The notes beneath the pieces were generated by a model. It did no database searches and was not told the DNA's origin. It saw only the letters and a list, made by a program, of their open reading frames with translations. A program made the position numbers and the translations under genes. Below, piece by piece: positions 60,325 to 64,000 of a DNA stretch of 64,000 bases. Source of the DNA: an uncultured Alphaproteobacteria bacterium (GTDB taxonomy: Bacteria > Pseudomonadota > Alphaproteobacteria > Methylaequorales > Methylaequoraceae); assembly GCA_902569095.1 (NCBI GenBank), contig CACFSX010000001.1, positions 73,575-137,574 of the forward strand. The letters are read 5' to 3'. How positions within the stretch are numbered: position 1 is the stretch's first letter; each line of letters begins with the position of its first letter.

Positions 60325-60849
60325 CTATTTCTTCTGGCAGGCTTCATTTATTTGCTGGTATGCTTTGCTGAAACCCATTAAAGAATAGGTATCTGTTGTT
60401 ATCGTTCCTCTTGTTGAAGTTCCAACAACTTTCATTTTCATTGATGACTTTAAGAATTTAATAATTTTTTCATCGTCAGGAGGACTAAAGCTCCACGCTC
60501 TTGATCCTGATGTAAATAATTGAAATTTTGCATCACCAACAGTTATTTCTGGGTTACTATCTGCTTTATAATTGTATCCTGCCACTATACTGAACTCATT
60601 CCATTTATTCTGACCGGGTAAATGAGTAATGACAGCAAAAATCTCACCTCTTCTTTTATAGTTTCCTTCTGCTTTTTTTGGTTTTGAAACTGCGAGGCAG
60701 GCTAAGTTTTTTCCCTCACCCTCTGCATAAGCACTCCAATCATTAAATTTTCCTAGTTCCTTAGATTTTATTTCAGTAAATACAAAAATTACAAGAATGG
60801 TTAGCAAAAATTTATACGTTATTTTTAAATTCATTATTTTTATTGACAT
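60325..60849 (-). CDS. IalB (invasion-associated locus B)-family periplasmic protein
   Basis: 174 aa with a signal peptide. FNDWSAY...LACLAVSKP ... [29 protein letters not shown] follows the IalB pattern. Confidence 0.65.
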   Translation of the reverse strand: MSIKIMNLKITYKFLLTILVIFVFTEIKSKELGKFNDWSAYAEGEGKNLACLAVSKPKKAEGNYKRRGEIFAVITHLPGQNKWNEFSIVAGYNYKADSNPEITVGDAKFQLFTSGSRAWSFSPPDDEKIIKFLKSSMKMKVVGTSTRGTITTDTYSLMGFSKAYQQINEACQKK

Positions 60850-60890
60850 ATTCGTTAATAAATTGCAAGAGACTATAAATCAAATAAGAT

Positions 60891-61754
60891 ATGTATCCAA
60901 TTTTTTTACTTGTTTCGTCCTGTTTTCTCTTTTCAGTCCTTGCTGCTTTGATAAAATTTGGCTCTCAGTTCATTCATCCCATCGAACAAGCATTCTTTAG
61001 GAATTTAATTAGTATTTTATTACTTATTCCCTTCATTATTCAAACTAAGAAAATAATTAATAAAAGTAGTAATATTAAACTTTTAGTTTTAAGAGGAATC
61101 TTTGGTGGTATCACAATGATTCTTCTTTTTTGGTCTTATTCACTTATTCCTCTTTCACTGGCCATGGCGGTTAGCTTTAGCACTCCTCTTTTTATTTATC
61201 TTGGGGCGATATTATTTTTTAAAGAAAAAACTTCTAGACTAAATAATTTTATAATTCTTCTAGGATTTATTTTAACTATTATAATTATTCGACCAGACTT
61301 GGAAATAAAATTTGGAGTTATTCTAGCTCTTATTGCTGCAATAACTCACGCAATTGCAGGTTTGTTGGTAAAAAAAATATCAAGAAATGAATCTGTAATC
61401 ACTCTAATGTTTAGTATGGTGTTATTGATGACTCCGATCGCTGGTATTCCTACTATGATGGTTTGGTCAACACCAAATATTCAACAATTATACTTATTGG
61501 TTATTATTTCAGTTATAGCAACACTAGGGAATTTTTGTTGGACAAAAGCTCTAAGTATAACAAAGTTGACAAATTTGATGTCTTTTGATTTTTCTAAGTT
61601 GTTATTTACTACTATATTGGGGTTTATTTTTTTTGATGAGAAAATTGATCTTATAACAATAATCTGTGGATCTGGTTTAATTTTATGTTCAAATATTAAG
61701 TTTATTAGCGTTAGAAGAGATGAGAAAAATAAAACCATTTTACCAGATAATTAG
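60891..61754 (+). CDS. DMT-superfamily transporter (EamA domain)
   Basis: 287 aa with ~10 TM segments in a two-EamA-repeat layout. Confidence 0.7.
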   Translation: MYPIFLLVSSCFLFSVLAALIKFGSQFIHPIEQAFFRNLISILLLIPFIIQTKKIINKSSNIKLLVLRGIFGGITMILLFWSYSLIPLSLAMAVSFSTPLFIYLGAILFFKEKTSRLNNFIILLGFILTIIIIRPDLEIKFGVILALIAAITHAIAGLLVKKISRNESVITLMFSMVLLMTPIAGIPTMMVWSTPNIQQLYLLVIISVIATLGNFCWTKALSITKLTNLMSFDFSKLLFTTILGFIFFDEKIDLITIICGSGLILCSNIKFISVRRDEKNKTILPDN

Positions 61755-62559
61755 TTGTTTGTTTTTTGCAATTCTTGGCGTCCAGATAAAAAAGTTACTG
61801 TTAATAGATAACATAGAAAACCTCGTCTTCTTCAGATCATTCTTTGGGATGTTATTATTATTGATAACCATTTTATTGACTCAAAAAAGGGTATTTTTTT
61901 TGATAAACACAGGAAACATTAAAATTCACATTTTAAGATGTCTTTGCGGAGTATCAGCCATGTATTTCGGATATCAATCTTTGATGTTCCTAACATTAGC
62001 TCAAGCCAGTACAATTGGATTTACAAAAGTTTTTTTTACCTGTTTAATTTCATTTTTTATATTCGCAGAAAAATTAAACTTAAAATTGATCGTTTTAATA
62101 TTTTTAGGATTTCTGGGAATTGTTTTGATTACAAGACCCGGACAAATTGAGAGTGACATTGGTGTATACATGGCTTTATTCTCTGCGATATGCGTATCAG
62201 GAGGTATTATTTCCATATCTTATTTGAGTAAAAGGGAAGAAACCTTAACTATACTTTTTTATCACTCTCTTTTTTCTACAATTATTTTTTTTTCAATTTT
62301 TTATAGTAAAATTTCATTTAAATCTTTTGATTTAATTGGGAGCTATTTTTTAATAACTTTAACAGCATTACTTGGACAATATTTTAACACGGAATCCTAT
62401 AAAAACTTTGAAACAAAAAATGTTGTTATTCTTAGTTATTCTAGAATAATTTTTTCTACAATATTTGGGTTTATTTTCTTTGACGAAAAAATAAATTTTA
62501 TGAGTTTAGTCGGAATATTAATCGTCTGTTTAACAAGTTTCTTAGTTCAAAAAAAATAG
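61720..62559 (+). CDS. DMT-superfamily transporter (EamA domain), tandem paralog
   Basis: 279 aa with ~10 TM segments. Overlaps the previous gene by 35 nt. Confidence 0.7.
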   Translation: MRKIKPFYQIISCLFFAILGVQIKKLLLIDNIENLVFFRSFFGMLLLLITILLTQKRVFFLINTGNIKIHILRCLCGVSAMYFGYQSLMFLTLAQASTIGFTKVFFTCLISFFIFAEKLNLKLIVLIFLGFLGIVLITRPGQIESDIGVYMALFSAICVSGGIISISYLSKREETLTILFYHSLFSTIIFFSIFYSKISFKSFDLIGSYFLITLTALLGQYFNTESYKNFETKNVVILSYSRIIFSTIFGFIFFDEKINFMSLVGILIVCLTSFLVQKK

Positions 62560-62560
62560 A

Positions 62561-63601
62561 TTAAGGACATGGGTATGGATTTTCATCATGAATTTTTTCA
62601 ATTTCAGAAATTACCTCATCTGTTAAATTAATTCTGAACGAATCAATATTATCCTTTAGCTGTTCTAAATCAGTTGCGCCAATAATATTACTTGTTAAAA
62701 AATCTCTTGAATTTACAAAACCTAAAGCCATTTGAACTGGCGTTAGACCATGCTCTCTAGCAAGGCTGTTGAATTTTTCTGAGTATTTTAAGCCCTTGGG
62801 CTTAGTATACCTTGTATACATGTTTGAATATAAGGTAAGTCTAGCTCCGTCAGGTTTTGCTCCGTTATCATATTTTCCTGTTAACATTCCAAATGCTAGA
62901 GGCGAATAAGCTAATAATCCACATTTCTCTCTAATTGATATTTCTGCCATTCCTACTTCATAACTTCTGTTTAAAAGCGAATAGGGGTTCTGAACAGAAA
63001 CAATTCTTGGAAGACCAAACTTTTCGGCTAAGGAAAGAAATTTCATTAATCCCCAGGGAGTTTCATTAGAAAGACCAATATATCTTATTTTACCCTTTTT
63101 TACATTATCTGAAAGTACTTCAAGTTGAAGTTTTAAATCAATAAAATCAGATTCTTCTTCAAATTTATAACCTAATTTCCCAAAAAAATTTGATTGTCTG
63201 TCTGGCCAGTGCAATTGATATAAATCTATATAATCTGTTTTAAGTCTTCTTAAACTACCATCTATTGCTTCATTAATTTGTTGTTCGTTAAGTCTAGTTT
63301 CCTTATTACGAAACCACTTCATGCCAGATCTTCCAACTACCTTTGAAGCGATAATTACTTTGTTTCGGCATTTTCTAGATTTTAGCCAATTACCAATGAT
63401 TTTTTCTGTAATACCCCATGTTTCTTTTTTTGGGGGCACAGAATAAAGTTCAGCAGTATCAAAGAAATTTACACCTTCAGAAATTGCCAAATCCATCTGC
63501 TGAAATCCTTCTTCTTCAGAATTTTGTTCGCCCCAAGTCATTGTTCCGAGGCAAATTAAACTTACGTCGATGTTTGTATTACCTAACTTATTATATTTCA
63601 T
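62561..63601 (-). CDS. tas: NADP(H)-dependent aldo-keto reductase, Tas-like
   Basis: 346 aa. Collinear with my recollection of E. coli Tas (LGTMTWGEQNSE..., LHWPDR, IRYIGLSNET, VQNPYSLLNR). Confidence 0.85.
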   Translation of the reverse strand: MKYNKLGNTNIDVSLICLGTMTWGEQNSEEEGFQQMDLAISEGVNFFDTAELYSVPPKKETWGITEKIIGNWLKSRKCRNKVIIASKVVGRSGMKWFRNKETRLNEQQINEAIDGSLRRLKTDYIDLYQLHWPDRQSNFFGKLGYKFEEESDFIDLKLQLEVLSDNVKKGKIRYIGLSNETPWGLMKFLSLAEKFGLPRIVSVQNPYSLLNRSYEVGMAEISIREKCGLLAYSPLAFGMLTGKYDNGAKPDGARLTLYSNMYTRYTKPKGLKYSEKFNSLAREHGLTPVQMALGFVNSRDFLTSNIIGATDLEQLKDNIDSFRINLTDEVISEIEKIHDENPYPCP

Positions 63602-63709
63602 AATAAAATAAAATTCTTGATTTAAAAATTTTGTATCATATTTTAACTATAAACAATAATAGTAGTATATTATACTACATGTAAAACATTTAAAATAAGG
63701 AGTTTAAAA

Positions 63710-64000
63710 ATGGCTTACGACTATGAAAGAGATCTAAAATCCAAATCTACATCTATTGATATAGATTTAGGTCTTAGAGCCTACATGAATAAGGTCTATT
63801 CTTTTATGGCAGTTGGTTTGGCACTAACTGGTGTCATCGCCCATCTTACATCAACGTTGGCTTTCAATTTTACCACGAATACCTACACATCTTTTGGTGC
63901 AGCTATCTACGGTTCCCCTCTAGCATTTTTAATAATGCTGGCACCATTAGGTTTCATTATTGCTTTAAACATGGGTATCGCAAGAATGAAGGAAAGCACC
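63710..64000 (+). CDS. Bax inhibitor-1/YccA-family membrane protein (5' part, runs off the window)
   Basis: AAGGAG at 63697-63702, then ATG. MAYDYERDLKS...GLRAYMNKVYSFMAVGLALTG is typical of the BI-1 family. Confidence 0.75.
   Translation, partial: MAYDYERDLKSKSTSIDIDLGLRAYMNKVYSFMAVGLALTGVIAHLTSTLAFNFTTNTYTSFGAAIYGSPLAFLIMLAPLGFIIALNMGIARMKEST

Noticed and set aside
60891-62559. Tandem EamA/DMT transporter genes overlapping by 35 nt, considered as a frameshifted single gene or a notable duplication
   Set aside because: Each ORF already has the full ten-TM, two-repeat EamA architecture, so they are two complete genes. Tandem DMT paralogs are common.
1-64000. Search by eye for CRISPR arrays, IS elements or transposases, integrases, prophage structural genes, toxin-antitoxin pairs, and known defence genes (RM, Abi, CBASS, retron RT)
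   Set aside because: No regularly spaced repeats were found, and no ORF carries recombinase, transposase, capsid, terminase, reverse transcriptase or nuclease-NTPase defence signatures. The only mobile-element evidence is the att-like tRNA-Leu repeats. The single HNH protein (13004..13564) is a standalone conserved-looking gene with no partner genes.

Overview
This is a strongly AT-rich, very gene-dense window. Genes sit almost end to end, and many stop and start codons overlap (ATGA or TAATG junctions). The gene content is alphaproteobacterial, and the style fits a streamlined marine genome such as Pelagibacterales, but the lineage cannot be proven from the sequence alone. Most of the window is core metabolism: lysA and argH, etfAB, and an ethylmalonyl-CoA pathway module (mcd, ccr, ecm, plus a PduO-type adenosyltransferase). 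It also holds coq7, dsbB, gltBD, acnA, fdxA, carD, a contiguous ccmABCDEFGHI cytochrome c maturation cluster, pabBC, folD, argG and tas. Two tRNAs are present: Leu-CAA on the plus strand and Arg-CCU on the minus strand. I saw no rRNA, CRISPR array, transposase, integrase or phage structural gene. The most unusual locus is 15.5-19.9 kb. There an intact tRNA-Leu is followed by two same-orientation copies of its 3' 57 nt. These copies frame two small cassettes that contain only cargo-type genes and no integrase, plus degenerate tRNA-like debris and the longest non-coding gaps in the window. That is the footprint of repeated site-specific integration at a tRNA hotspot. Other points worth a second look: a NUDIX gene whose N-terminal coding region is cut off from its only ATG by an A9 tract; three short genes missing from the ORF track (an LptM-like lipoprotein, ccmD, and a 44-aa Cys/His peptide with a CDGSH-like motif); tandem PagL-like paralogs next to tRNA-Arg; and an operon pairing a standalone cNMP-binding domain with an unassignable 452-aa protein.
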